DNA of 53,362 nt from the IMG/VR virus record IMGVR_UViG_3300045988_073284; one strand, written 5' to 3'. This document shows positions 1 to 11,900 of this stretch, one piece after another; positions within the stretch are counted from its first letter, which is position 1, and the number at the start of each line of letters is the position of its first letter. The notes beneath the pieces are model-generated. The model was not told the DNA's origin and did no database searches. It saw only the letters and a list, made by a program, of their open reading frames with translations. The stretch is from a virus. A program made the translations under genes and the position numbers.

Positions 1-141
1 GGAAACAGCCGCTAAGACACCGTTTGATCTGGATGGTGTTGCTAACGGTGCTAAACAGCTCCTGGCATACGGTGAGAGTGCTGATAAGGTAAATGATACC
101 CTGGTGAGACTGGGTAACATAGCCTCTGGTTTGTCTTTGCC
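1..141. repeat. Terminal overlap, copy 1 (identical to 53222..53362)
   Basis: Read directly: the first 141 nt (ggaaacagccgctaagacacc...ggtttgtctttgcc) recur base for base as the last 141 nt. The overlap lies inside one continuous reading frame. Confidence 0.97.
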
Positions 142-3100
142 TCTTAATGATATTGTGTACCTGTATGGTACTACGATGGTTCAAGGTCGCTTGTATGCTG
201 CGGATGTAAGGCAGTTCACTGGTCGAGGCATTCCGCTTGTGAAGGAGCTGGCAAAGATGTATGGTGTTACAGCGGATGAGATAAACAATATGGTATCTGC
301 TGGTAAGATCGGCTTCCCAGACGTTCAGAAGGTTCTCAACAAGCTCACGGATGAGGGAGGTCAGTTCTATAATCTGATGGAGAAGCAATCGGAATCCCTT
401 ACTGGTATGATCTCAAACCTGGGAGATACCTGGGATCAAGTACAGGATCACCTGGGAGAACAGAACCAGGATCTTTTTGCTGGAGCCATCAATGCGGCTG
501 GGTACTTCCTGGAGCACCTGGAAGATATATTGAAGATGGTGAAGGCTGTAGCGATCGCCTATGGATCGTACAGGGCTGCACTCGTCTTGAATACTATCGC
601 CACAAAGGGCTTCACTGGTGTTGCACTCATTAACAACACTGTAGAACAGAGCAAGATCGCCCTTCTTAAGGTCAGAGCTACACTAACAGGTGAGGTAGCA
701 GCACAGACAGCGGCAATGACAGCGGCAGAGAAGGCACACGTGGCTTCACTCCAGGCAGAGCTTACGGCTGAGGAACAGGCGAACCTTAAGAAAACTCTGA
801 GGATCCAGGCTATTACGGCTCTCCTTACAACAGAACAGAAGCAATACTTATCTAACTTGAACCTCACTACATCCAGCCAGAGGTATGAGGCAGCAGCTAT
901 GGGAGTGCTCTCTGCAGAACAAAAGATGTCTCTCCAGAAAACAGAGCTGAATGCCAAGAGTGCCACATATCGTGCGGCTCTGGAGAAAGAGGTACTGGCT
1001 AAACGCAAGGCAACGGAGGCAACGCTGGAACAGCAGAGAGCCGAAGTAAAAGCATCCTATGCCAAGCTGGAAGCAGCCAAGAATGCGGCTATAGCATCCG
1101 CTCAGAGTGTGGAGGCGGCTAAGTACGAAGTTTACTGGGCTGAGAAAAGTGGGGATGCTACCAAGATCGAGACCGCACAGAAACGTCTGGCTACAGCGCA
1201 AGACCAGGCAGCAGCCAGCAGAAAGGCAGCTCTGGCAGCACAGACCCAGTTCTATACAGAGAAGAAAAACCTGGAGACAACAGCCAGCAAAGCATCTACA
1301 GCGGCAACAGCGGCAGACAATGCGGCTAAGGAAGCCCAGGTGGTTTTCACTGGTACAGCTACAGCGGCAACAAATACATTCACTCTCGCTGTGAAGAACC
1401 TCTGGAAGGCATTTAAGGCGAATCCTCTGGGATGGATCATCACTCTGGCTGGTATCGCTTATTCAGCTTTTGAAATGCTCAGAGGATCTGAGGAAGAAAC
1501 GGACACTGTAACCCAGCAGCTCACTGAGCACACCAGAAAAGCATCTGATGAGTTCAATGCCCAGGCTGCAAAGATTGATGCCCTGGAAGCACAGATCCAC
1601 GATGAGAACCTATCTAACTCCAAGAAGATAGAACTGATCGGACAGCTGAAAGCGATTATCCCTGGATATAACGCTGAGCTATCCAAGGAAGGTAAGATCA
1701 TCAATGAGAATACGGCAGCTATCAGAGCCTATCTTGCACAGCTTGAAAAGCAGATAAAACTTAAGGCGGCACAAGAGGATCTGGAGGCGGCATACAAGAA
1801 GAAAAGACAGCTTGAAAAGCAGCAGAAAAAGCAAGAACAGGAGGCTAAGAATGCTGATAAATCAAGAACGACACTATATAACAACGCTGGTGCTTTCATT
1901 CCTACACCTATCGTGGGAGCCAAGGAATCTGGTGATGCACATAGCAAATTGAACCAGACAAAAAGGGATCTGGCAGAAACAAACGCTACGATCAATGAAT
2001 TAAAGACTGAGATCGAAACCACTACTGTAGCTACAGACAATGGTACAAAGAAGATCCAGACTTACGGACAGCAAGTAGCCAGTGTTCGATCACAGATCTC
2101 TCGTTTAAACCAGGAGATCAAGAATGCCAGAGCTGGAAAGGTCAAACAGAACAATCTGGCAGAATATATCGCAAATAAGCAGAAGGAGCTACAGGAAGCA
2201 AAGTCAAGGCTCACAGCACTCACTGGAGACAAAGGCGGCTCTGGTGGAGGTGGTGGAGGCGGTCACACTGGCGGTGGCGGCAACACTACTGAAAAGAAAA
2301 CCTTTGATGAGATCATGGCTTACAAGCGTAAGCAGTATGAACTATACTACCAGTGGCAGCAGAACCTGGGCAAGGATGTAGCTGATAAGAAATTCGCTGA
2401 TCTGATCAAGTCTGGCACATCCTTCCTGGCATGGGTGAACGGACACATCAATGCAATTAAAGAAGCGAAGGCTAAGCGTGGTTTATCGGATGAGGAAAAC
2501 AGCGATCTTAATTCCCTTATGGTTCAGAGGGATGAGCTGATGGGAGTTAAGTCTGCTATGGATGCCTTCAAGGATAGTGTGGAGGCTGCAATCTCCAAGG
2601 CTTCCAGCCTGGATGAAAAACTCCAGGCTATAGCTGATGCTAAGGATAAGCTGAGTAATGGAGGCTACGGCTTGAACCCAGAAGATAAGCTCCAGGGTGC
2701 AATATTCCTGGAGGATAAGCAGAAGGCAGCAGATCAAGAAGTGGCTAAAATGGTAGAGCAATACCAGGACTACACCCAGAAGCGACTGGCTATCGAAAAG
2801 GAGTTTGATGCGGATATTTCACTCCTGGAGAAGAAGCGAACCAAGGCAAAGGCTACAGGCAACACCGATGAGGTGGATAAGCTAACTGGAGACATAGCAC
2901 AGGCTACAGCGGCTAAGGGAAAATCTATTATGGCTGTAGATCTGGAACAGCTTAAGGCAGATCCAGACTACATCAAGGCATTTGAGAACTTGAATGATGT
3001 TTCAACTGAAACCCTGGAGAAGTTGAAGCAAGAGTTTGAGAGTGCCAAGCAAACAGCGGCTGAGAGCTTGAACCCAGAAGATCTGAGGGAGTACACAAGC

Positions 3101-4702
3101 ACCATCCAGGAGCTTACTGATGAGATCAACAACAGAAATCCTTTCTCTGCCCTTAAGAAGGCTAAGGAGGATCTTAAAACAGCCGATGAGGAACTGAGAC
3201 AGGCAGAGCTGCGAGTTACCCAGGCACAGACTAAATTCGGTAAGGGATCCAAAGAGGAACAGGCAGCACTTGAAAAGCTCAGACAGGCAAAGGATAAGCA
3301 GATCAAGAAGAACAGACAGTACCAGACAGCTGAGAAAAGCGTTACTGGTTCCATCAAGGAGCTGTGTGACAACCTGGATCAAGTTGGTTCTACGATCGGT
3401 GGCACTGTTGGTGAGGTTGTTTCTCTGATCGGTCAGATCGGATCTGTAACGATGGCTTCCATTCAGGGCTTCGAGACAGCGGCAAACGCTTCATCCAAGG
3501 CGATCAGTACTCTGGAGAAAGCATCCGTGATCCTCACTATCATTTCGGCAGCTTACCAGATAGCCAGCAAGATCATTTCCATCTTCTCAGATGATGATGG
3601 TGAAGCGGCTTATCAGAAGGCAAAGGAAATGTATAAGAGCTATATCCAGGTTCTGAATGATGTGATCGACAAGCAGAAGGAACTTGTTTCCACTCTGGAT
3701 GTCAAGAACGCACAGAACTCATACGAGTATGCAAAGAGCCTGTATGACAAGCAAGCCGATGCTGCAAGACAGATGGGTAAGGACTACCTTAACTCTGGAG
3801 CCAGCCATGGATTCATGGGTATTGGATCAAAAGCCTCTCATGGTGTCAAGCAGCGAGAGAATATGAGTTCAGAAGCCTGGGGACAGCTGGATGAATGGGC
3901 TAAGGAGAACAATATCACACAGCAGATCTTGAACAGCATTAAAAGTGGTCGTATGACTGGTTTGTTTGATCTCACTATCGAACAGATAATGACTTTAAAG
4001 GAGCAAGCACCTCTTTTCTTTGCTAAACTGGATTCGGACACACAAGACTACTTGAATGACCTGGTAGGTGTCAAGGATGCCCAGGATGAGCTTCTTAAAA
4101 CTCTGAATGAAGGCATTACTGGTGTGGACTTTGATTCTGTTGGCGATGATTTCCAGGATATGCTTACGGATATGGATTCAGATGCAAAGACTATGCTACA
4201 GAACCTATCTAATAATTTCTCTGAAATGATGCGCAAATCTCTGATCCAGCAGATGTATAAAGCCCAGTTTAAAGATCAACTGCAGAAGTGGTACAATATG
4301 TGGGCTGATGCCATGAAGGATGGTTCTGATGGTGGCACTACGATCACAGACAAGGAACAGGAGGCACTTGATTCCCTTAAGAACAGCATCATACATGGCG
4401 CAACGGATGCGGCTCAGAAGATCAATGAGCAATTTAAAACAGCTGATGATGTTCTGGATAAAAGTTCCCTGGAGGGAGCCGTGGCTTCACTCTCTGAGGA
4501 AACAGGCTCAAAGATCGCTGGTGCAATGAATGCAACCAACATCAATCTGGCAGATCTTACAGAGGTAGCAAGAAACCAGCTGATCTACCAGGCTCAGACA
4601 GCTCACAATACAGAACTGATCCACCAGGAAATGGTAGGTTTAAGAAACGATTTTAAAAAACTTCAAAATAACGGCTCTCTCCTATCACAGGGGATCGCCT
4701 AA
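1..4702 (+). CDS. Tape measure protein, main body (continues from 52902..53221 across the circular junction)
   Basis: Track ORF 104..4702 starts at a GTG but the frame is open back to nt 2. It is in phase with the ATG at 52902 (52902 and 104+53221 are both 0 mod 3), giving about 1673 aa in total. It has long Ala/Lys/Glu/Gln coiled-coil-like stretches and a Gly run GGSGGGGGGGHTGGGGN near 2234..2281. It sits between the chaperone pair and the distal tail genes. Confidence 0.85.
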   Translation, partial: ETAAKTPFDLDGVANGAKQLLAYGESADKVNDTLVRLGNIASGLSLPLNDIVYLYGTTMVQGRLYAADVRQFTGRGIPLVKELAKMYGVTADEINNMVSAGKIGFPDVQKVLNKLTDEGGQFYNLMEKQSESLTGMISNLGDTWDQVQDHLGEQNQDLFAGAINAAGYFLEHLEDILKMVKAVAIAYGSYRAALVLNTIATKGFTGVALINNTVEQSKIALLKVRATLTGEVAAQTAAMTAAEKAHVASLQAELTAEEQANLKKTLRIQAITALLTTEQKQYLSNLNLTTSSQRYEAAAMGVLSAEQKMSLQKTELNAKSATYRAALEKEVLAKRKATEATLEQQRAEVKASYAKLEAAKNAAIASAQSVEAAKYEVYWAEKSGDATKIETAQKRLATAQDQAAASRKAALAAQTQFYTEKKNLETTASKASTAATAADNAAKEAQVVFTGTATAATNTFTLAVKNLWKAFKANPLGWIITLAGIAYSAFEMLRGSEEETDTVTQQLTEHTRKASDEFNAQAAKIDALEAQIHDENLSNSKKIELIGQLKAIIPGYNAELSKEGKIINENTAAIRAYLAQLEKQIKLKAAQEDLEAAYKKKRQLEKQQKKQEQEAKNADKSRTTLYNNAGAFIPTPIVGAKESGDAHSKLNQTKRDLAETNATINELKTEIETTTVATDNGTKKIQTYGQQVASVRSQISRLNQEIKNARAGKVKQNNLAEYIANKQKELQEAKSRLTALTGDKGGSGGGGGGGHTGGGGNTTEKKTFDEIMAYKRKQYELYYQWQQNLGKDVADKKFADLIKSGTSFLAWVNGHINAIKEAKAKRGLSDEENSDLNSLMVQRDELMGVKSAMDAFKDSVEAAISKASSLDEKLQAIADAKDKLSNGGYGLNPEDKLQGAIFLEDKQKAADQEVAKMVEQYQDYTQKRLAIEKEFDADISLLEKKRTKAKATGNTDEVDKLTGDIAQATAAKGKSIMAVDLEQLKADPDYIKAFENLNDVSTETLEKLKQEFESAKQTAAESLNPEDLREYTSTIQELTDEINNRNPFSALKKAKEDLKTADEELRQAELRVTQAQTKFGKGSKEEQAALEKLRQAKDKQIKKNRQYQTAEKSVTGSIKELCDNLDQVGSTIGGTVGEVVSLIGQIGSVTMASIQGFETAANASSKAISTLEKASVILTIISAAYQIASKIISIFSDDDGEAAYQKAKEMYKSYIQVLNDVIDKQKELVSTLDVKNAQNSYEYAKSLYDKQADAARQMGKDYLNSGASHGFMGIGSKASHGVKQRENMSSEAWGQLDEWAKENNITQQILNSIKSGRMTGLFDLTIEQIMTLKEQAPLFFAKLDSDTQDYLNDLVGVKDAQDELLKTLNEGITGVDFDSVGDDFQDMLTDMDSDAKTMLQNLSNNFSEMMRKSLIQQMYKAQFKDQLQKWYNMWADAMKDGSDGGTTITDKEQEALDSLKNSIIHGATDAAQKINEQFKTADDVLDKSSLEGAVASLSEETGSKIAGAMNATNINLADLTEVARNQLIYQAQTAHNTELIHQEMVGLRNDFKKLQNNGSLLSQGIA

Positions 4703-4714
4703 AACAACAAGATT

Positions 4715-5914
4715 ATGGATACAAATATGGTTCTTTATCTGCCTTTCGATGATCCAGAAGGATCAAAGGCTTATGATTTCTCTCAGTACAGGAACGATGC
4801 TGAGCTTTCTAACGGTGCTGGATTCACTAAGGATTCAGCACACGGCAAGGCTCTGGCTCTCAATCTTACAGGAGAGTGTTCTACAGTGACAGCGATTCCG
4901 CTCTCTGGAAACTTCACTCTCATGTGCTATGTTAAGAGTACCACAGATCTTGTATGGCTCATTAATTACAGCGGACTGGAGAACTACAGACAGGGATTCA
5001 TCAAACAATCTCTGGCGAACAGAACGACTGGCTATATCCAGTTAGTTTTCGTGAAGGAAGGAACAACACTTAAGGTATATGCTGAAAACAAGCTCCTGGA
5101 TGTGGTAAGCCTTCCAGACGGATCTCCTACAGGCTTCACACTGAATGATTTCAACCTGGCTGGCAGTGAGGCACAGGTGGATGATCTCAAAGTGTTTAAC
5201 AAGGCTATGTCTTTCACAGAGATCAGAGCTGCCTCTAACTACCAGACGGATGTAGAATATTACATCAACGGAAAGAACTTCAAGGACTTTGCTGTGGAGG
5301 TGTCTAAATCTGCTGGTCTGGTTGGTGGTCTTGCTAAAAAGTCAAGTCTGGAAGTGGACTGGGATGATTATCACGGAACAGTCAAGGATACCTCTAACCC
5401 AAGATACAAGGATAGGACAATCACGCTGCAATGCTTCATCCAGGCTTCCAGCAGATCCCAGTTTGTTTCCAGGGTAAGAGAGTTCTTCAATGAGTTTGAA
5501 GGAGGTGGTACTAAGCGTTTCGTCTGTGAGTATGATGGTGATGCCAAGCCTCTTGTGTATGAGGTCACACGTGAGGATGAAGCCGATCCAGATAAAACCT
5601 GGGGCAAGTATAACGAGGGCTTGATGGTTGGAACCTTCACTTTGAAGCTGGTAGAGTACAACCCTGTTAAGCGAGTGCTCAGACACATAGGATCAATAGC
5701 AAACACTGAATGTGTTATCGACTTCACAAGTTATAAGATGGTTGATATTTACTGGGGCGATGGCAGCATGACACCTAACGTGTCTGGATCCAAGCAGCAC
5801 GTGGTACACAATTATCCACAGCCAGGACAGTACGATGTGATCATGGCTGGTGTGATCGAGGATATAACTGATTTCAGTACTAACGATATTGTTATATGGG
5901 ACAATTTACATTAA
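4715..5914 (+). CDS. Distal tail protein (Dit-like) with N-terminal LamG-type domain and C-terminal PKD-type motif
   Basis: 399-aa ORF directly after the tape measure. The N-terminus has a LamG/concanavalin-like pattern (LYLPFDD...NDAELSNGAGFT...GKALAL...VDDLKVFNKAMS). The C-terminus YWGDGSMTPNVSGSKQHVVHNYPQPGQYDVIM fits the PKD signature (WGDG..H.Y..PG.Y.V). The Dit role is inferred from position. Confidence 0.6.
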   Translation: MDTNMVLYLPFDDPEGSKAYDFSQYRNDAELSNGAGFTKDSAHGKALALNLTGECSTVTAIPLSGNFTLMCYVKSTTDLVWLINYSGLENYRQGFIKQSLANRTTGYIQLVFVKEGTTLKVYAENKLLDVVSLPDGSPTGFTLNDFNLAGSEAQVDDLKVFNKAMSFTEIRAASNYQTDVEYYINGKNFKDFAVEVSKSAGLVGGLAKKSSLEVDWDDYHGTVKDTSNPRYKDRTITLQCFIQASSRSQFVSRVREFFNEFEGGGTKRFVCEYDGDAKPLVYEVTREDEADPDKTWGKYNEGLMVGTFTLKLVEYNPVKRVLRHIGSIANTECVIDFTSYKMVDIYWGDGSMTPNVSGSKQHVVHNYPQPGQYDVIMAGVIEDITDFSTNDIVIWDNLH

Positions 5915-8900
5915 TCAAACGCAATGGCACAAGGATTCCTCTGAATAAGAGGATTCCTTTCTGTGCCGTCAAGACAGCTCAGCAAAGCCGATCACTTATG
6001 GCAGATGATACCGTCACACTGGAGGTGGTATCCACCTTTCTGATCGACTTTGAGAAGGGCGATAAGATCAAGATAGATTCCGACTGGTACACCATCCGTA
6101 CAACGGTGGATCGCACCAAAAATTCAGAGGATCAGTATAACTATTCTATCACTCTGTATGGCTGTATCTATGATCTTATGAAGGTGATGTTCCGTGATAC
6201 AGACGTAAACGGAAGATCCACCTCTCTAACCTTCGATCTTACCTATTCCATAAAGGATTTCGTGAAGGTGATCATCTACAACATGAACAGAGACTACCCT
6301 GGCGAATGGGTGTTTGATGATAAGGACTGCCCAGAAACTGAGCCTAAGACGGTAAGTTTCTCATGCCAGAACTGCCTACAGACACTGCAGAACGAATGCA
6401 AGGACTTTGATGTGGACTTCCAGATCACTACAGATAAGGATGGTATCCACCATATCAAGATCGGTAAGTTCGGATCTGTAGTAACACCACCAAATGGTGA
6501 GAAATACTTCCAGTGGGGACGTGGGCACGGTCTTTTCACGCTGGTGGAAGGTAAGGTGGATGATAAGGCGATCATTACCAGAATGTATGGTGAAGGTGGA
6601 ACCAATAACATTCCAACAGCCTACAGAAATTATTCTGAAAGGCTCCAGCTTCCTTATCCTCAGAGACTGAATAAGCATGATCATAAATTATCTGATGGTA
6701 CGGTCGTAAAAGCTAAAACGATGCAGATAGGCTGCACAGATGATAATAAGCGATACATAGAAGATGCGGCTCTGAGCAAGAAGATCGGTGTGGAGGAAGA
6801 TGCCATCCAGAACGATGATATTTATCCTAGACGCACAGGCAAGGTGACAGCTCTGGGTGATGATGTCTATACCTTCATGGATGATACAATGGACTTCGAT
6901 CTGAAAGCATCCAACAGCAATGGAACCACATACCTCATAGATGGAACCTCTGCAAAGATCACGTTTATCACTGGTCGTTTGGCTGGTCGTGAGTTTGAGC
7001 TACATGATTACGATCACAGCGCAAAGAAATTCATCCTTAAGCCATATAAGGATGCACGTGGGCTTGTGTTCCCTACAAGCAACACCACAGCCTTCCAGAT
7101 CAGAGAAGGAGATCAGTATAAGATCACGGATATAATCATGCCAGATTCTTACATAGAGGATGCTGAGGAAGATCTTTGGTTCTATGTATATGACAAGTTC
7201 TTACAGGCTAAACAAGCCAGGGCACAGTATGCGCTTACCTTCTCCAGAAGCTATTTTATTGAGAATATGCCAAAGGATAGCGATAGCTGCCTTTTCACTC
7301 CTGGTGATTACGTTCCTATCAAGGATGAGCGTTTCAACCTGGAGAAGAATATCCGTATCCAGAAGGTTGAGAGGAACCTGTTACTGAGACACGATTACAC
7401 TCTCACTATTTCTGATACAGCAACGATCAGCATCATAAACCAGGCTGTTATCAACGTACAGAAGCACGACACGATCCTGGAGGCGAACCGTCTGAAAGAT
7501 CTTACCAGGGCAAAGTATGGCTGGAGAACAACAGAGGAACTGAGAAACATGATCTACGATCCAGACGGATATTTCGATACAGACAACATCAAGCCAAACA
7601 GTATAGACACAAATATGCTCACTGTAGGCTCCAAGAGCCAGCAGTTTGTTCTGGCAGACGTGATCATGCAAGCTAACCTGGGTGGTGATCCTAACCTTTT
7701 CAAGGCTACATCTGGAACACTTTGCCATCTTTCGATCTCAGACACAGATATTAGGTACTGGAAGATAGCTGCACTGGAAGCTACCTTATCAGAGTCTGGA
7801 GGTTATTATCTCTTTGCCAAGTGCTCAAAAAAAGGAGATACAGGATCCTGGTATTTAACCCAGGAACAGCTTAAGTTTGAGCCTACATCCGATCCGAATA
7901 ACTACTACTTCCAGGTTGGAGTTCTTTCTTCTGTGTATGATGCCAGCTGGAGAGACTTTGTGACTACATACGGTTTCACACGTATCAATGGCAACACGAT
8001 CACTACTGGTAAGATTGTTACTTCTGATGGATATTGCTACCTGGATCTGGATGGTAACAAGTTCAGAATGGGAGATAAGCAGTCTTACATAGATTACAAC
8101 GTTCAGCAACGAGGACAGATCACGCTTCATAACGTAAGGCTCCTATCTACCTCTGGAGATTCTTCTGAGATCGGTGTGTACCGTGGCGAATACAACGCAT
8201 CCTATGTGTACTATAAGGGTGATGAAGTTTCTTACACGAATAATGGTGTGACAGCCACATACAGATACATCTACAGCGAACCTACTAAGGGCTATGCTCC
8301 TACTGTAGGAACCTACTGGCAGTGTATTGCCAAGGGTAAGGATGGAGAAGCTGGAAAAACACCAAAGATCGGAGATAACGGAAACTGGTGGATCGGATCT
8401 GTAGATACAGGTATCAAGGCAGAAGGTGTGGATGGCAAGGGTGTTAATATCCTGGGATCCTATGACAGCGAGGCTGAGTTAAAGGCTGCACATCCTAAAG
8501 GCTCACCTGGTGATGCTTATATCGTGGCTGGAGATCTATACAGCTGGGATGATGTTCACAAGGTGTGGAAGAATGGCGGTCGTATCAAGGGTAATGCTGG
8601 CGATACTCCTTACATTATGAATGGTTACTGGTGGATCGGAGCCACTAACACAGGTGTCAAGGCTAAGGGTGAGGATGCTGTGATGTATGAGATCCTTCCT
8701 AGTGTTCGCATCTATTCAGATACGATGGTGGCGGCTGGCGATTCTCTGAGAGTGTCGCTTAACAAGATCACTGGTTCAAACACAGAGAACTTAACATCCC
8801 TTCCAAAGGGATTCTCCTTAACCCTGTTTGGATATGGAACCGATCACATAGGTAAGCCTACATCTAAGGCGATCTCTCTTGATACCTCATATAAGCTGAG

Positions 8901-11900
8901 TGATTTGAAAACATCCCTTAAGGCAAATATGAGCCTGGAGGTGGTTCTGGCTGGAACAAACCAGGTGATCGTAACAAAGATCTCAATGCCATACGTCAAG
9001 GATGGAGAGAAGGGAACACCAGGCGCACCTGGTGAGGATGGAAGAACCAGCTACACCCACTTCAAGTATTCCAACGATGGCGGTTTGTCGTTTACAGGCA
9101 ACAATGGAGAAGAACCAGGATCATACCTGGGGCAGTACACAGACTTCGAGGAAATGGATAGCAGCAATCCTACGAGATACACCTGGGCACTGATCCAGGG
9201 TGAAGCTGGAAACAGCGGTGTTGATGCTGCTGCAAGCTCCTACTTTGAATGTCGGTACGCAAAAAACGGATCTACAGTTGAGCCTCCTACTCTCGATGCT
9301 ACAGCCCTGGAGCCTACAGGATGGAGCCTCCAGATGCCAAGTGTCGGCAAACTGGAATATCTCTGGATGAGTATGGCACAGAAAAGTAAGCTGGTAGAGC
9401 AAACCTATTGCCATATACCTTTCACGGCTAAGGATGGATGCAAGGATATTACTGGTAACTATACCACAGAGTTAGGTTCTGGCGGTTCCATAGTTACAGA
9501 AGGAGATCGCCAATATCTGAGCCTTCCAGATGATTCAGATCTGAGAATTAAGTATGATCTTCCTTTCGGGGAGAATTTCACGCTATTCTTCTGGTTCAAG
9601 ACGGATCAGAAGAAGATCGGATGGGCTATCCAGGATGCTGCCTTCACTCTCAATATGAAGGAAATGGATGTGAAGCCTGGAACATGGATGCACCTGGCAT
9701 TCAGATTCAGTGATCGCACCGTATCATGCTTTTTGAATGGTGTAAGACAGGCAACGGCTTCTCTTAACAAGAAGCTGATCGGTTTCACGGTCTATGATAG
9801 CAATATGTATGCAAGCGCAAACTGCTATGATGAGTTTAGGATGGTCAATGGTGCTCTGGCTGATGTTGATATTGTCAAGGTGTACCAAGATAAGGCAGAT
9901 AAGCTGCTTTCCAACTGGAGTGTGCCTACACGTATTTCACCTTACGATGGCAAGGATGGAGTTTCGGTAATGGCACGTTATTCATCCGATAAGCAGAACT
10001 GGCATACATCATTTCAGACTGGAGATCAATGGATGCAAACATCATCCGATTCTGGCAACACCTGGGGAGAGGCTTGCAAGATCGTGGGCGAAGCTGGTGC
10101 AAACGGAAAGTACACAGATTATTCATTCGCCACTTCCAAGGATCTCACGACTAAGGATGTGTTCACTTCACCAAGGATCTACACAACGTGGTCGGATGCG
10201 CCTGTAGCTACTACCAAAGATTATCCTTATCTCTGGATGAAGGTGGTAGAGGTAGATTCCAACGGAAAGAAATCACAGGCACGTTACACCAGGCTTACAG
10301 GAGATCCTGGCAAGGATGGTGTTGATGGTGTTGATTCCAAGTATATCTATCTGAGGGGTACAGGCATGAACAGGACAGCAGACGGACAGGTTACGATCTA
10401 CAACGGAACAAAGACTGAGACGATCACTTGTGCCACCAGAGGCTTAACCCTGGTAAGGGTGGATCGTTCTTCTCTGGCTGTGCTGGAAACGTACAAATGT
10501 GACACATACAGCAATGTAGATTCCACGCTGACTGCATTCGCCAAAAAGATCAAGGCATATAACTCTGAATGTTTCATTTGCCTGGTAAGCTATGATGCTG
10601 TAGCCTGGAATGATAGCTTGATAGATGCGCTTAAGTATTGTGGAGGAACTGATCTTCACAATAGGGCACAGGGTCGTTATCCATTTGCGTTCCTGGGAAT
10701 ACCAGGCATGGCACAAGGTTACGCTCAGATGATCCAAAGCTCTGATTCTTCCAGTGCTCCTTATGCTGAGATCTCTGCTTATATCGCTAACAGGATGTTC
10801 GCTACTGCCAAAGCTGTAGAAGAAACCTGTAGGCTTGATCTCTCTAACGAGAACGAAACAGTTACTTGCGATTCAAGCGGAAAGGTAATCGGTTCAATCC
10901 AGGGAACCCAGGCTACTCTCTATAAGGGATCCTCTGTAGTATCTGGTATATATTATTCATGTTCAGCAAGCGGATGTAGCTGTAGTTTCAGTACCACTAC
11001 TGGAAAGGCTACTAACATAGATATGAGTAGCAATAAGGCAACACTAACAATCTCATGCACTTATGATGGTGTTACCTATTCGGCTGTATATACGATTTCT
11101 AAGGTATATCCTGGCAAGGATGGATCGGATGCTGTATCAAGATACCTGGAGCTATCATGTAACAGTGTCAAGGTTGATAAGAGTGGAAATGTATCTCCTT
11201 CCAAGATCACTGCAAAACAGATGAAACAGGTTGGTGGTAAGGCTCCAGAAAACACTGCCGACTTGTATCTGGTAGGTCTTGCATCATCCAAGAGCACAGC
11301 GACACAGCTTAAGGCGAAGTCTATCACGATCAACGTATCAAGCTCAGATTCATGGGTGGATTTCACGCTTAAGGATGGATCTGGCAACGTTTATGACACA
11401 GAACGTGTTCCAGTGATCAAGGATGGAAAGGATGGCACAAATGGTACAAACGGTAAGGATGGAACCAACGGAAAGGACGGTGCTCCTGGCACTCCAGGAA
11501 AGGATGGTGCTCCAGGAACACCTGGTAAGGACGGAAGGGATGGAATTGATGGAAAAGATGGTAGAGACGGAACAGATGGCTATAGCCTGGCTCCTATCTA
11601 TCGTGGAGAATATTCAGCATCCAAGACTTACTACGGAACCCAGTACCGTGTTGATATTGTCAAGTACAATGGTATCTATTACGTGGCACGTGTCGATGCA
11701 GGAACCTTCTCTAATGTGGCTCCTACGAACACATCCAAGTGGAACCCTTTCGGTGCTCAGTTTGAGAGCATAGCAACTAACTTGCTTCTGGCTGAGGGTG
11801 CTAATATCGGAGACTGGTTCCTGTCTGGAGGTAAGATCGTTTCTACTCTGAGTACAACATCCAGCGGAAAGATCACTCTTGATGCTAAGGGAGGTTTGAT

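Noticed and set aside
559-4529. Many 60-150-aa ORFs in the track on the minus strand or in other frames inside the tape measure gene (for example 559..1008, 2968..3372, 3002..3382).
   Set aside because: They lie fully inside a 1673-codon ORF with a clear functional context. Their translations are Ser/Leu/Cys/Ala-rich low-complexity mirror images typical of antisense frames of Ala/Lys/Glu-rich genes.
11425-11580. Tandem DNA repeat or minisatellite in the fibre gene.
   Set aside because: The periodicity is 3 or 9 nt and in frame, encoding Gly-X-Y. It is a collagen-like coding repeat and not a non-coding repeat element.
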